This document shows positions 39,545 through 52,907 of a stretch of DNA of 64,000 bases, piece by piece. The translations under genes were made by a program, and so were the position numbers. Source of the DNA: Phoronis australis. Its lineage: Eukaryota; Animalia; Phoronida. The stretch is taken from positions 89,842 to 153,841 of the forward strand of contig NMRA01000005.1 in the NCBI GenBank assembly GCA_002633005.1. Direction: 5' to 3'. Below the pieces are notes generated by a model. The model made no database searches. It was not told where the DNA came from and saw only the letters and a program-made list of their open reading frames with translations. The first letter of the stretch is position 1. Every line of letters begins with the position of its first letter.

Positions 39545-40735
39545 CTGAAACGACAAAAGAAAGAATATTTATGACAGCTAACAGGACTATTTTACATTGT
39601 CTTTAAACATAATTGTTCACCATCATATTTTTTGTAACCACTGCGACTTCAAACAACACAAAATTGTTCATTATTACCTAAATGCCATTCTTTGTGAAAA
39701 AATTATTCTTATTAGAGCAAGACAACCAACTATCAGGCAACTATGACATGTATCTACACCTATACACAAGGATGCCCTCTCGCATTTTTGAACGAACCTC
39801 AAATAACAGAGATAGCAGCCATCAGATGCTTCTAAAAAAATCATCCCAGGTTGGCATTTTATGACACTTTGAACACAAACAATGCTTACCAATAGAGCAA
39901 TGTTAAAGTATAGCCATGAAAAGTAATGACATAATTTTATGCAATGTGTGATTATTACACTTTTGAAAAAATTCCACTCAGATTGATAATTGCCTGATCA
40001 CAATGCAATAACAATTAACCAATATAATTCCTGCTGGGCTTAGTGGAGAATACAAAACTTACAAGACATTGCACTGCATACGTGACACTAATTTCACCCT
40101 GAATATTCATAACTTGAACCAACCGATATTCGCATTGCACAACCAATGAAAAGGCTGAAATCACCTTTAGTATAAAATACTAATTCCTGTCAATGAAGAC
40201 AACAACAACAGTTTGTCGACAATGAAACGACAGCATTTAGTGTACAGCAACATAGTGTACCCAGTCAAATGTCTTGCATTCACATTTGTTGCCAAAATAT
40301 GCAGACCCATAATACATGAATGTCAACAAATTTGCCCAAATTTGATTTTGTTGAATAATAACGAATAAATCCCATATTGGGACACTAAGCACTAAATGAG
40401 GTCTTACACTGATGACATTGTCTAATTTGATCATCACTACATACTAGCTACATAGTTCCCAACATTCCAAAATGAACAAGTAGAACACTTACACCTAGGG
40501 TAGTACGAGGATAAAATGTCCAATGCAACATTGAAATATCACCACACTGATGTTTTTTTTCAGTTATGGATGGGTAAATAGTAATGACAATATGCAGGCA
40601 CACATCAACACAACCGCGTGAGTATGTATGTGTCGAAAAGGGAGACATTCTGATACTGTGGCGGGACACATTTTCAAAAAGTGGGATGGTCCAATCACAA
40701 GTCAGTTGGCACCTATGCAGTGATCTCTACCCTAC

Positions 40736-40897
40736 CTGGAGGCCTCCAAGCATCTCTTTGGCCACAGAGTTCATCACTTTGGTTATCTCTTCCCTGGTCA
40801 AGCTTGCTAGAAGGTCCGCCTCCTTGCGCCCATCCTCACTGACCTCTGGTTCACCCTCGTCCAAATGAGAGCCTCTGCCATCAAGATCAGACACATC
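40736..40897 (-). CDS. CABCOCO1: CABCOCO1-like exon 7
   Basis: AG/GT bounded, 162 nt, phase 0-0: DVSDLDG...EADLLASLTREEITKVMNSVAKEMLGGLQ. Confidence 0.88.
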
Positions 40898-40963
40898 CTG
40901 TTAATGTGAAAACAAACTATGATGCCATGCAACAATGCACCTATAATACCACCTCTGGCACGT

Positions 40964-41157
40964 CAGTGTGACTGCACAATCACTGTCTTCATTAATATCA
41001 CATCTGGTACACCATGCAGTGTGACTGCACAATCACTTCCTTCATTAGTATCACGTCTGATACACCAGTGTGACTGCACAATCACTTTCTTAATTAATAT
41101 CAGATCTGACAGGTCAGTGTGACAGCACAATTACTTTTTCAGTTAATATCAGATCTG
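40964..41157. repeat. Intronic minisatellite, four ~50-bp copies
   Basis: CAGTGTGAC(T/A)GCACAAT(C/T)ACT..TTA(A/G)TATCA..TCTG repeated four times. Confidence 0.9.
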
Positions 41158-41529
41158 TTTTAACAAAGACCAAAAACAAAAAACACGAGGCCTTGAAAGC
41201 GTAAAAAAACTATTGCTTCGCAAAACTACACTGCAATAATTCAGTGATTGCCTGACTTTGATAATAAATGTGTTGAATTAGATATGGCCATAAAATGACA
41301 ACTGTTTTAGAATGCAAATAAAAGTACCGAATATACCCCCAATAACCAGTGATTTGCAGCGTCAAAAACATTAGCGTTTAAAATGACACCACTTCCTTTT
41401 ATAAGACGAGTCACAATTTGTCCACAGTTTACATATGGATTAGAAGTAGCTTAATTGGGAGGTCCTAGAAATTTGTTCTGGCAGGTAACTAGATCATGCA
41501 TTGAAAGACAACATGACATTAAGACGATG

Positions 41530-41531
<2 letters not shown>

Positions 41532-41611
<80 letters not shown>
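41532..41611. repeat. (TG)40 microsatellite, intronic
   Basis: Perfect dinucleotide run read directly. Confidence 0.98.
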
Positions 41612-41612
<1 letters not shown>

Positions 41613-42147
41613 ATGTATATATGCATGTATGTATTTATGGCTGGATAGATGGATGAATGGATATGTAGGAAGTAGACCTGGGGCTATTTCTCGAAGAGTC
41701 TATTGTCTTCCAATGTATAGCTAAAAACCAAAACCAGGCTGAAGGCCAAAGGTAGAAAATTTGCACCAGTTGTTAGTTTGTTATTGTTGTGGCAAAGCTG
41801 CCTGTGTGACCCCTGTTGAGAGGTCTGCTTCGACTGCTATTGTATTACAAGTTTGCATTTGATTATAGTTACATATTTCGCTGCACTTTGGTGTTTGTTT
41901 ATCCACTGGTGCTATCTTCAATTCAAAGACAAAAGACAGAAATCCAAAACCTGTTCGGGAGTTGACTAAAAAGAGGCAAAAGACAAAATTCAACATTTGG
42001 TTATAGACTCACTCAAGAAACAGGCCCCTGGGAAATTTCTATCACGCTGACTAAGGATAAGGGCACGGTGTCTGCATGGGATTTTAATAGTACTTTACTA
42101 TTAACCTATATGAAGCCATTGTTAGCATTAAATATCTCGTGACTTAC

Positions 42148-42267
42148 GTCAAGAACAGGACTTGGTGGGGGTGTAGCCACATACTCAGCATGTATCTCTG
42201 CGGTGATCCCTTCATCTAATGGTGGTGGCCAGGGAAGGTCACATGGTTTGGCCACATACAGCTCCAG
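42148..42267 (-). CDS. CABCOCO1: CABCOCO1-like exon 6
   Basis: cAG / GTAAGT, 120 nt: LELYVAKPCDLPWPPPLDEGITAEIHAEYVATPPPSPVLD (P.PL.EGI motif). Confidence 0.9.
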
Positions 42268-43272
42268 CTGCGACATGTATAATGATACAGAATGTAACAT
42301 TACATCATAATTACATGACTTTTGGAATACAGAAACCAGGCGTACGTCAAAATCATGAGAAATTCAGCATAAGAACGGTAACTTCTGGCAGGAGTCAGAA
42401 CCAGGCATTTAACTTCAATGATTTACTGTCTTCCGTTAATTAAGTAACATGTCAACTAATTGCAATACAATTATGTGTTGTAATTATGGCCAGAAGCAAT
42501 TACATGATGATACAAAATCCATCTTCCAAGGATAATTAGGAAATCAATGACACTGCAGATCAAATTATCATAAGGTTCCCAGGTAGTTGTTCTTGATGTT
42601 TCTGTGACCGTGACTAAACCAAGACTTGAAACACACAATGTAAGACATTAGAGATCTAGAATAGGAAATTGCTCTGGATTTGTTGCAAACTACATTCTGA
42701 AATCATACTGAATGCCACACAGGCTAGACCTTCAATGAATGAAAATACATTTACTTTTAAACTAATTACTTTTTATGGATTGGAATCTTATTTTTTTACA
42801 AAATGACAGTTTAATTTATTACAAATAATCTTTTAATGTTATTTCAAATTTCGACTACTTGGCTGGATGGTCTACTCTTATGTACTTACATATTTCACAT
42901 GAAAATACTAAAATATTAAATGTTCTAAACTAGTCTATTTTATGTACTTACACATCTCACCTGAATAAATTAAAACATAAAATGTTCTAAAAATTAAGTT
43001 CCAAACACCACTTTTCAGAACATGTGTCATGTACACGATATACAACAGAGACACTAGATCTGGTAATAGTGGCTAATAAGCAGTGTCAGAAAAAAAGAGA
43101 GACAAACACATGACATGAATGATAACCAACGATATCTATATCTCTTGCTATGAGACAACAGTTGAGTTCTCTGAAATAGTGCTCGCAAGTACATACTTAT
43201 CAAAACATCCAGCAGCTAGAGGACCTTAATTGTGGACTGAAGTCAAAACAAGTATCACAACAATGTACTTAC

Positions 43273-43345
43273 ATCCGTACCAATGATCTCCTCTGCTTGT
43301 GTATGGGTAAACATAAATTCATACATTTTGTAATGTTGGAATAAA
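43273..43345 (-). CDS. CABCOCO1: CABCOCO1-like exon 5
   Basis: tttcAG / GTAAGT, 73 nt: (S)LFQHYKMYEFMFTHTQAEEIIGTD; FQHYK.Y is the CLAMP-family signature. Confidence 0.93.
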
Positions 43346-43641
43346 CTGAAAATATAAAGGAAAAACAATTTTTAGTGATTTTTACTCTGTTCAATGATGA
43401 ATAATAAAGCACTTGTAAATGGTAAATGGTATATTTGAAGTAACAATACGAGGTTGGGTAGATCAGTGAATTTATTTCCACATGCAACATATACCAGGGG
43501 TGGCACTGTATTGTCTGTGCTTAACAAATTGTCTCACCCATGTAATTTGACAATTTTTAATGCAAACAGGCAATGCCTCCTCATCTTACTCACAGTTTAA
43601 AATGCACAGATGCAAAATCCTTTGTCCAAATGAACATTTAC

Positions 43642-43786
43642 CTTTGGTTGATGTAATCTGTCATTAACTGAGCATGTTGACTGTTGAGACAGTCTAGAGC
43701 ACCTGTAGAACTCTCCTGGTCACTAGCCACACCAATCAACATTTTTTTCCATGCTAACACATTCTCAGCCAAGCTCAGATGTTTTT
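43642..43786 (-). CDS. CABCOCO1: CABCOCO1-like exon 4
   Basis: tttcAG / GTAAAT, 145 nt: (E)KHLSLAENVLAWKKMLIGV...AQLMTDYINQ(S); phases match neighbours. Confidence 0.9.
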
Positions 43787-46188
43787 CTGAAATTAAGGTT
43801 TACAAGACTTCACGCTTCCCATAAACTCGTGTCGGGTACTACTAGCACAGCTGGGTTTCCTCAACTTAAATTAAACCACGAAACAGTATCATACAGGAGT
43901 ATTTCATCGCAGTCCGAACATTTCCCTTAGCTCCATCCCTGGAATGGCAAATTACTGACAACTGCATGCTTTCCGGCCCCCCACAATTCTTTAATGACTT
44001 CCCTACTGTTACTTTTAATTACCTATTAAAAAGATGAGTAATAATACTTGATCATGACTAAATACTGGCAAACTATACATTTATTGTAACTACTGCTATT
44101 AGCTAATTGCTGGAAATATCACTAATTATACTCAGTACTTAGTTGCCAATTATGAAAGAACAAAAATAAATTACGTCAGCCACTTTAAACACAGACTATA
44201 GTACATGGACTGCCAACTTCGTATATTTTCAACGGACGAAATGTGTGATCTTACGCATAAGCCGTGACATCACAATTTACTAGTGACAGCTGGCAGATAC
44301 AGCACGGTTTACTTCCAGTAAGTGCGTGGTCTGCTAATCATGGTCATTTCGTAGGAATTTGGATCGACGATTTTGCCAAACTCACATTCATGTTTAAATA
44401 AACTGAATGCTTGTAAAACGTTAACTTCTTGAAAAAAGTTAATATTAATCAGAAATAACCACAAGACCTACGTAAAATCTATCTCGCACTTCAACAGCAG
44501 TTTACATACTCCAAGGGACATTTAATTGTAAGCTTGAATGCATGCCGGCGCCGCTCAAAGTCTTAGTCTATGAACATACCACCAACTAATGCAAAAATTA
44601 TTATTTTTTTCATTGTACTGGATAGTGAAATAGATGAAAGAATTTTCAGTCACAATACACTAATCGTAAAATGAGTTTACTACGCTCATAGGGTGGTGGC
44701 TAGTCTAGGATATTTTTCAAGAAAATGTCGGAATTGCGAATCTGTTGTTTATAATCTATGCTTTAACTTATGAAATTTGTCTCACAACATTCCTTGAAAG
44801 GACTTTATTTCAGTTACCAACGAGAACATTAAAATCATCATTGACTTCAGAAGACGCTTCAAAGATTTTTGGGGTTCGCAATCCATAAAATTGTGAATTC
44901 AAATATGATGCATGTACACATTGCCTGTGATTTGAGTTGCTAGCTCCATGAAAAGAATGCCACATTGACACCCATAACCAGTCGAGATTGAGCAACTCGA
45001 CCGGTTTGCGTACCTCAGAAGCTGCCGGTTTAGATCAAAAACACCATGCTGTTGTGGTTGATGTGCTGATGCTATCATTCTCTAGATGATGAGACTCATC
45101 TATTGCCCATCTTTCCAGAAATTATTATTTTATCTTTATGTTATCTGTACACTCATATTTCTGTACCTTGTCAGTCATAATAAATGACCTTATATTGCCT
45201 ATACACGGTCTCCTTTGTATCTCTGGAAACGGAGCTTGCGATGCACCTATTATTTTCGGGACATATTCTGAGCATAAACACATAGGGGGTGACACTAGTA
45301 TTTTTAAATTTTTGTTTTGAAAGGTTGTAAATGGCATATTTTTAGTTCATGAAAAGCAAACGTAATTATATTTTTGAATTTTGAAAATTGAACAAGAAAT
45401 GTGACTTTTACGACCTAATTTCTTTGTTTAATGTTGCAATAATATGTTCCTTATTGATTCTGCTGGGTGTCGTGGAACATAATTGGGCCTATACCAAATC
45501 ACCAGGTAGCAGGTAAATTTCGAGGAAAGCCAAGTGTCATATCATACAATTCTTGGCATGCATTCGGCAAGAATTCAGGACCCAAATCAGTGTGTAAGTT
45601 TTTAAACCCCAAAAAGCTTTGATTTAGAATTCAACACTGCCATTTAAACAGCAGTGAAATGCCTCTTTGACTATAACTGAATATTTTCAGCCACAACCAC
45701 GACTATTTTTATTCGTTCCTTTCTCAAACACTAGAGAGCAGAGGGTGCAGTACAAAACAATAACCAGACAAAACATTGTTTACCCGTCATGACAACTAAA
45801 CCTGTTCACAGAAAACATTATATTACTAGTAATAACTATAAATTGGCAAAATTCTTAATATTAAATGGCCTTAGCCACCTTTACTATAAGAATATCTCAT
45901 TTGCACTGACTTCAACAGATGCTCTGGCCATTATTATGTGCAACGCTAATTCGGAGGTGTCTGAACTTAATTTCGGTCGGCAATATTCATTGAAAATGAA
46001 TCTCCGTGCACCAACTTATTTAATCAAGCGTTGCAAGCAGGGTCATAAAACAGCCCTGTGCCTATCAAAGTATAAAACTGCTTTCTGAAAAACTATACAT
46101 TTTCAAGAATTAATGATTCCACCAATATGTAAAACATAAAAAATTAACTGAAATTGGTGTTCGAATCTTAAAAATCGGTTCACTATAA

Positions 46189-46352
46189 CATGGGCGGCGC
46201 ACCATAGGGGGCTGGGAGGCTATAGCCCCCCCACTTCTATAGCCCCCCACTTTTTTCAGTGCCACGCCGCACATTGTCCAAAGGCGGTGCACCACAGGAG
46301 GGCTGAGGGGGTTTTAGCCCCCCTCACTTTTTTCGGTGCTGTGCCGCCCATG
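46189..46352. mobile_element. Short GC-rich MITE, intronic
   Basis: CATGGGCGGCGCA ... TGTGCCGCCCATG inverted termini; internal duplicated GGGCTG..TAGCCCCCC unit; no clear TSD. Confidence 0.6.
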
Positions 46353-47593
46353 TGACTGGGTTTTCGTAGACTATGTCAAAATTAAATTGATTTCAGCTAC
46401 TTGACTTAAGGAAAGCAGTCTGCACCATATTATCTTCACCTGAATAGACTTGTGCTATAAGCAACACAAAAGATAAGGACATGAGCTGACAGGACAAGCT
46501 GGATAATTAGTTGATCCAAGGGTATTCAATGTAAATCACAATTTCATGTCATGTCTAACTTTCTTTTTAATTCCCCTTCATTCTTGCTCATCAGGGGAGA
46601 CTACTCTGATGATGAATTTGGCTTTCACCCAGCTGCCAAAATGAGGAATTATGGGCCATTTCATTTGAATACTTTTGGCTTATACTGTGTACAGTATATA
46701 GGCTTGGTAGCATTTGTTTGCTTGTTTGTATTGTTGTTTGTTTGGTATGGAAACTAAGTCTTGCAGCCATCATTTTCTAAAACAACTTAATAATTTCAAT
46801 GTGTGCACTAAAATTCCCAGCACCTGGAGTGCATTTAAGTCAGATGTTCAGACACAAATAAAGCTCACTAAATTTTGAGTTCACACTGATAGCTACAGAT
46901 AGTTACAGCTAAAACTTAAATTGGGCTCAGAAGATCAGTTGACTTGAAAAATTATATTCATACATTGACCAAGTGACCCTCTGCCGTGTTTTCAATCGGT
47001 TAGCATGCAATTCCATAGGTGTGAATCTCAGTCCTGTATTTTTTCTTGAATTAATCACCTGCACTCGATGCAGTTCTATTGAAGTTCTATTATTCTGTTG
47101 ACAAATAATGTCACAGAAATTTTCTTTCTGAAGCCAAAATAAAGTTTATTCTAATGTACTACATGCACGCAATACTTTGAACTGATTACAATGTCTTAAA
47201 ATCCAGTGAATAGATCTACAGTGGAGATTAAGGGGTTCAAACCCCTGTAGGGGGACATGACCAACAAGGTTAACAGAGAGCGTAGGCCACCTCAGCATCT
47301 GTACCGGCACTACTAGTTGGTAGAACTGTAGATATGCTACAGGAAACCATAAAATATCCAAACCTGTATTATGTCAACTAAACCTAATTACCCATAACCT
47401 TCTACCTGCAGATAAAAACTGCGAATAATAATAGAATCCTTTGAAGCAACATAATGTAACATGACCCTTGTCAAACCTCAAAAATTTAGACAGTTTGAAA
47501 ATCAATGTGATATTATTACAACTTAAATTGTATCTATATGTACTAAGTCTTTTAAAATACCTTATTCTCAAGTGTATATAGCTGTACACTTAC

Positions 47594-47763
47594 CTTTAAC
47601 ATTGTCTAGTAATGAATGGATAGCACTGAAGAAGGCTGACGCCTGCGCAGCATTAAAACTTTGCTCTTTTGACCACCAGACGGCACTAACATAGTAGTCA
47701 AGAATAGCTCCCTCTTTCAGATCCGTTAGGTGACTAGGTAAGTTCATCATAACCACCATTTTT
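47594..47763 (-). CDS. CABCOCO1: CABCOCO1-like exon 3
   Basis: tttAG / GTAAGT, 170 nt: KMVVMMNLPSHLTDLKEGAILDYYVSAVWWSKEQSFNAAQASAFFSAIHSLLDNVK; LK..ILDYYVS..W matches C10orf107 as recalled. Confidence 0.93.
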
Positions 47764-48975
47764 CTAAAGATATTCAAAACAGATGATCATTTCAAACAAT
47801 GAACAAATCAAATATGCAAGAACATTCAAAATATAAGCTTATATGTACCAGGAATTTCTGAATAACTAGCTCCAGAGCATATATTTGGGAAGTGTCACTT
47901 TCATGAAAAAGTCCTATCTGTGTTGACACTCTAACCGGTCAAGATTGGGCAACTCGACCAGTTTGAGCACCACAGAATTCACCAGTTCAGATCAAAGACA
48001 CCACCTCAGGCTGCTGATATTATCGTTCTCTAGATAATGAGATCACCATAAACACATTAGGGGCAACATTAGTAGTTTTACATTTGAAAGTTAAAAAATA
48101 GCCTATTTGAATAGTTCTTGATAAGCACACACGATTAGGTTTTTGAATTTTGAAAATAGGACAAGGAATGTGACTTTTACAACCTACATGTCTGTTTAAT
48201 ATGTTCCTCTAGTTCTTAATTCTGCTGGGTGTGCAACACAATTGGGCCAATTACGAAACCACCAGGCAGCAGTTGGATTTTGAGGTAACCTAAGAAGTGT
48301 CATCGTACAATTCTTGGCATATTTAGGTCATTGTGGTCCCCCAAGAAGAAAAAATCATCATATTTGTTTATCATTTGCATTCCTTGATGACTAAATGTCC
48401 ATGGTTTTACCACATGGATAATTCTGGCTTGAACTGTAACCATTGCCACATGACTGACCACGGATTCCAAGGCAACCAGTTGAAATTGAACAATACATGA
48501 CTCAAGATAAAAGCACCAATTCTCAACACGGCGCTATCACACCAACCATAAAATTGATTTTGACAAGTATTATGAACACACAACGAACTCCATAACCTGC
48601 ACATGAAAGACAGTCTAGTCTGCACCTTCTTGAATCCACAGTTATGAAAACCTTGGCTGTTCAAATACCAAAAACACAAAAACACATCAATGAAGCTACA
48701 ACTCCCATCAGTTTTTGATTCATATTACACCGATGCTGATCAAACAAACTGACTTTGACAGTGTAAAATACGTCTCCTACATCACACAGGCAGATGTGTG
48801 GCATCATAAGGGAGGATCAGTCACAATACTGAAAAAAGAAGGCCCTAAATGATATGCTGACTTTTTGGTTGTGTGGGCCCTTGAATCCTTCTAAATCCGC
48901 CTACGGCAAAAATATCAAAGATAACACAAATTAGAATTTTATCACCCAATTACACACACACACATAACAACTCAC

Positions 48976-49073
48976 TTTTCTAATTCATCCACGTCATCAA
49001 TGCCCAGTAATTCTTGTGCCTGTTGTTCATTCAAAACTTTAAAAGCCAGAGAAGGCTCTCTCTCAGAATCATC
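48976..49073 (-). CDS. CABCOCO1: CABCOCO1-like exon 2
   Basis: ttcAG / GTGAGT, 98 nt: DDSEREPSLAFKVLNEQQAQELLGIDDVDELE(K); phase 2 end joins exon 3. Confidence 0.88.
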
Positions 49074-51182
49074 CTGAAGAACAAAATGTAATCAATTTAC
49101 AATGTACAGAAACCTTATATTTTCAGTTAACCTCTCACAGATGAAGTTGAATGAACTCCATAGTGATTATATAAACAAACAAGCACACGTCAAACTTTCA
49201 GGAGTATTTTAAGTTCAGTCCTCAAGACAAAGAACAATAATGTGCCAAGTTGGACACCTGTTTTGTGATTACAACACTACAGCATCTCATTAGTTTTTAA
49301 GTACATACTGAGCATACACATGCAGAGGACTGTCTAACATGTGAGTTCAGGTCACGAGTGTTGACAAGTTTTGCACCTTTGCAGTCAACATTGCTCAAAT
49401 GCCTGATATTGCATTGAATAAAGAACAAAAGATGTGTGGCGACTGAAAGCATTTGGCTGAGAAGCCAGTTCAGTAGCAAATACCCTGCCAGGCTGTAGGC
49501 CACAAAGCATAAAGGCAATGTTCCAGTTAATGTACAACTGTACTATAAATTTACCCAATTCTGAAAAAAAATTATATGTACAAATATCAGATTGAACACA
49601 ATTACACATTTACAAAACTTGCATTTCTAGGTTTTGTCATAAATATGCAAATTTTGGAAGCCAAAAAGCTGGCTATGCAAGACTACAGTCATTGCTATTT
49701 ATCCGCTCCTATAAGTGTTCTCATTTTTGACACTTTTTCACATTATTTTGTCTTTCCATATACAATCTCTAGTATTTCTGCAAAAGTTTACACCAGCTTT
49801 TGAATGATGTCAACTAACATAAAAAATAGCTAAAGAGGCAAAAATCTTACAAGCCAATGCATTGGCTACAATACCTGGTAGACGAAAGATCAGAACCTCT
49901 GCACCTTGCAAAGAGGCAGTTCAAGATTTGTGCACAAAGACAAAACACTCATACTTAACTAGCCCTGTAATTGAGTTTGTGTATTCTGCCGACTGCCCTG
50001 TGATAAAACTGCATAACAGAAAGTGGTATACATTTCTGCAGGCACCAATTACCTTGTCCAGCCTAACACTGGTTTACGGTTTTTTGATGCTGGGTGTGTA
50101 ACGCATCATGGATAATGAGGTGAATGAATGTTGATCTGAAGTTTACCAGCAGTGAAGGTGGAATGAACGACAACTCACTTTATTGGTTTATGAAAGTGTA
50201 GATGCAGAATTAACATGTCTCTGAAGGCAGGTACGTCACTACATGCCAATTGCGATTTCCTGACAAGTAGCAATTTAATAAATTATAATTTTCAGTGCTA
50301 CACAAGGTACATTTCTGCTTCAAATTTGCAAATTTACTTAAGTGGAAACCTCTGGATCCTCTGCTATATTTGAAATTGTTATCACCCATGTTCAAAAGAT
50401 TTTGAGCGTGCGCATGGTTCAGTAAATAGGATGGCACACATATAGTATGTTGTATGTAGTCTGTAAACCAACCCTGAGTCCCAACAGGCTGGAAGCTCCT
50501 TACATTGAAAGTTTAAAATTTAGAGTCACACATATCACACTCGAATTGAACATCAAATATTGATGCGCCCACGTTGGAATTAAAATCACATGACAAAAGC
50601 TATTTGCAGGAATGATATGGTGAACATAACTGCTCAAAAATCAAGTCCTCCAAAAGAACCTAATTCACTTGAAGATTCAATGTTAATTGCTATTCACGTG
50701 TCACTCCACCATTTGCATTTTTCACCCAGCAGTGACTTAACTCATTACCTAAGGCATTCATTTGGCACATTTGCTGGCATTAGGTAAAATCTATCAGTAT
50801 TAAGGGCCTTTCGTGCTAACGTCGACGCATCGATGGTCATGTGGAGTTGCGGTCAGTATGAACGCTTAACTCCGCTCCTGGATCTAAGTTAACAGCTCCA
50901 GTTAACATCCAAACATCGCAGTTAACAGGTAGATTTAACAGCGCAGCGTCGATGCTGCGGTGCAGTATAAATGGTTAACTTCGGTCCGCTTAAGTGACCA
51001 CACTCAATTCGACCTTTTTTGCTTGAAATTTCCAACTTTCTCAACATGGGTGCTCTGTTGTTTCATTCTCGAATGTTGTCAATTTGCCGAATTCCACAAC
51101 TTGATTTTGACCAGGTCGCAAAAGAAGCGCCGAGGACTGAACCCACAAAACTACAAAAAGTACCTCTACTACTAACACCTAC

Positions 51183-51281
51183 GTCAGTTAAAGATTTGCC
51201 TTTCAGTCTGCTTTTCCGACCAGAACTGCCTTTGCGTAAAACAGAGCCAAGTTTTAATTGTCCACCACTTGGTCTCGACAT
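51183..51281 (-). CDS. CABCOCO1: CABCOCO1-like first coding exon (proximal start)
   Basis: aaaaATG MSRPSGGQLKLGSVLRKGSSGRKSRLKGKSLTD then GTAGGT donor, phase 0; gives a 945-nt CDS (314 aa) with exons 2-8. Confidence 0.75.
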
Positions 51282-51294
51282 TTTTGATGCAAAT

Positions 51295-51308
51295 GTTGCT
51301 ATGGTGTA
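51295..51308 (-). promoter_or_regulatory. RFX X-box-like site at the proximal start
   Basis: GTTGCTATGG(TGTA): one good half site 14 nt upstream of the ATG of a ciliary gene; second half is poor. Confidence 0.45.
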
Positions 51309-52320
51309 TAACTTTTCTGCATCTTCAGTTGTAAAGAGCCGACAGTAGCGAGGCCATCTAGTGGTAGAAAGGAAAACTCACGAGGGAGCCGAAGACAAGT
51401 GTAGCGTTGCAACGATTAGTCCACAATATGATTAGATGGGCCGTTGGGGGGAAAGTGTCGCAGGAAAAATACGAGCGTAATTATGTACATTACGCCGTTA
51501 TTTACGCCGTCAATTACGCCGTAAAATTACGAGCGTAATTTAATTCTTTACGGCATAAAATTACGCCGAGGAGACGGGTGGAGCCGGTCTCGCTACCTGG
51601 TAAATGCGATGATATTGATACCGGCAGCACCTCCATAAACTCACACTCCTGTTGTACGTCAGTCTCAGTCAGCAGTAAATGCGTTGCACTAGCGCAAACC
51701 TTCCCATCCATAGTCCTATCAGTGTTCCAAATTCAAGTACTAGACTCCGAGTAGCCTAATTGAGCCAGGAACAGCTGGCAAACAAACTATATTTTATTTA
51801 TTCTCTAGGCCTACTGCCTCTTTAAAATGCAAAAGTAAATAGCAAACAAGAATTCGGTGAATTTCCAAATAAGGAAGCCATATACGGCCAGGAACATATG
51901 TCTCACAGGAACACGAAGCCCGGACTTCGCCGGTCGTACGGTACTGGCCGGAAGCACTCATGGTTTATAGACAGCTACTAGCTAGTACGGAACTCAACCT
52001 TAGGGTAAATGCTGGGCGTTTCAAAGTACATGGAAATGTCACCGTGGTGACCACTGACTTGAGTTCTCGTCATGAAAAAGACACCATCCACTTGAAATAA
52101 TTCAGTCATTTCCGGCACTAATAATTTCGCGGTTGAAAAACCCTCATGATTGTTACCAACAGTGAGTCCTGCAGCTCCCTGATCGTTGGTATTGTTCGGT
52201 CAGTGGAGTTATTTTTCTTGACCATGAATATTTAGCCAAAAAAATAAAAACTCCACCGGGCCTAAGCGCAAAATTCGTCGCTCTCTATAACAACAAAGTC
52301 AATCACAACCGTAAAATTAC

Positions 52321-52377
52321 CTGCGGCACATTTTTGACTTTACTGGATGATCGGCCATTACCCGCGTCCACGTCTTT
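52321..52377 (-). CDS. CABCOCO1: Putative alternative CABCOCO1-like exon 1b
   Basis: cttcttttccAG acceptor, CAG|GTAATT donor, 57 nt phase 0-0: KDVDAGNGRSSSKVKNVPQ. Confidence 0.6.
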
Positions 52378-52790
52378 CTGGAAAAGAAGGGCAAAATCTC
52401 GGGATAGTTCATATCACTGTAGGGAAATCAGTTAGGTGAAAAAATTTGTTAAACTGAGTCCGGCCGTGGATGGGTCCCCAATAATTTCGGAGGGGGGTGG
52501 TGGTGAAATTTGTGCTATAACCGTGAGATCCCGCTGGTTAGACCGTTTTGGACTGAATTTTAACATTACCTGTGCTTCGACTGATCCAAATAGTACTACG
52601 GTAAGCATCGAGCTAAAAGTAATAAGGTCACTTGCAGGGGATCGAAAATTACGGATCTACCCACTTAATCGATATAATAAAAGCAAAACTAGCAATTAGA
52701 ATTCAACTACACATGCGATTCTAGATGCGATGATTCATTTGCATGGATCTCTCAATATTATAGCAATACCCAATTTCGTCAGTATCTTAC

Positions 52791-52832
52791 CACGGGTGAT
52801 TTCCTCGCCGATCCTGACCGACTTTTTGACAT
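52791..52832 (-). CDS. CABCOCO1: Putative alternative CABCOCO1-like first coding exon 1a (distal start)
   Basis: gaaATG MSKSRSGSARKSPV then GTG|GTAAGA donor, phase 0. Confidence 0.6.
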
Positions 52833-52893
52833 TTCTCTATTGTTGTTTTACCATGTCAAGCAGCCCTACATGTGAATAAAATAAAACGGATGG

Positions 52894-52907
52894 TGTACTA
52901 TGGTAAC
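52894..52907 (-). promoter_or_regulatory. RFX X-box-like site at the distal start
   Basis: Minus strand GTTACCATAGTACA, about 60 nt upstream of the distal ATG. Confidence 0.5.

Noticed and set aside
41455-41724. ORF with a poly-(CV) tract
   Set aside because: Translation of the intronic TG microsatellite.
52571-52613. 43-nt AG/GT-bounded segment between the alternative exons on the minus strand
   Set aside because: Inclusion would shift the frame; no support without transcripts.
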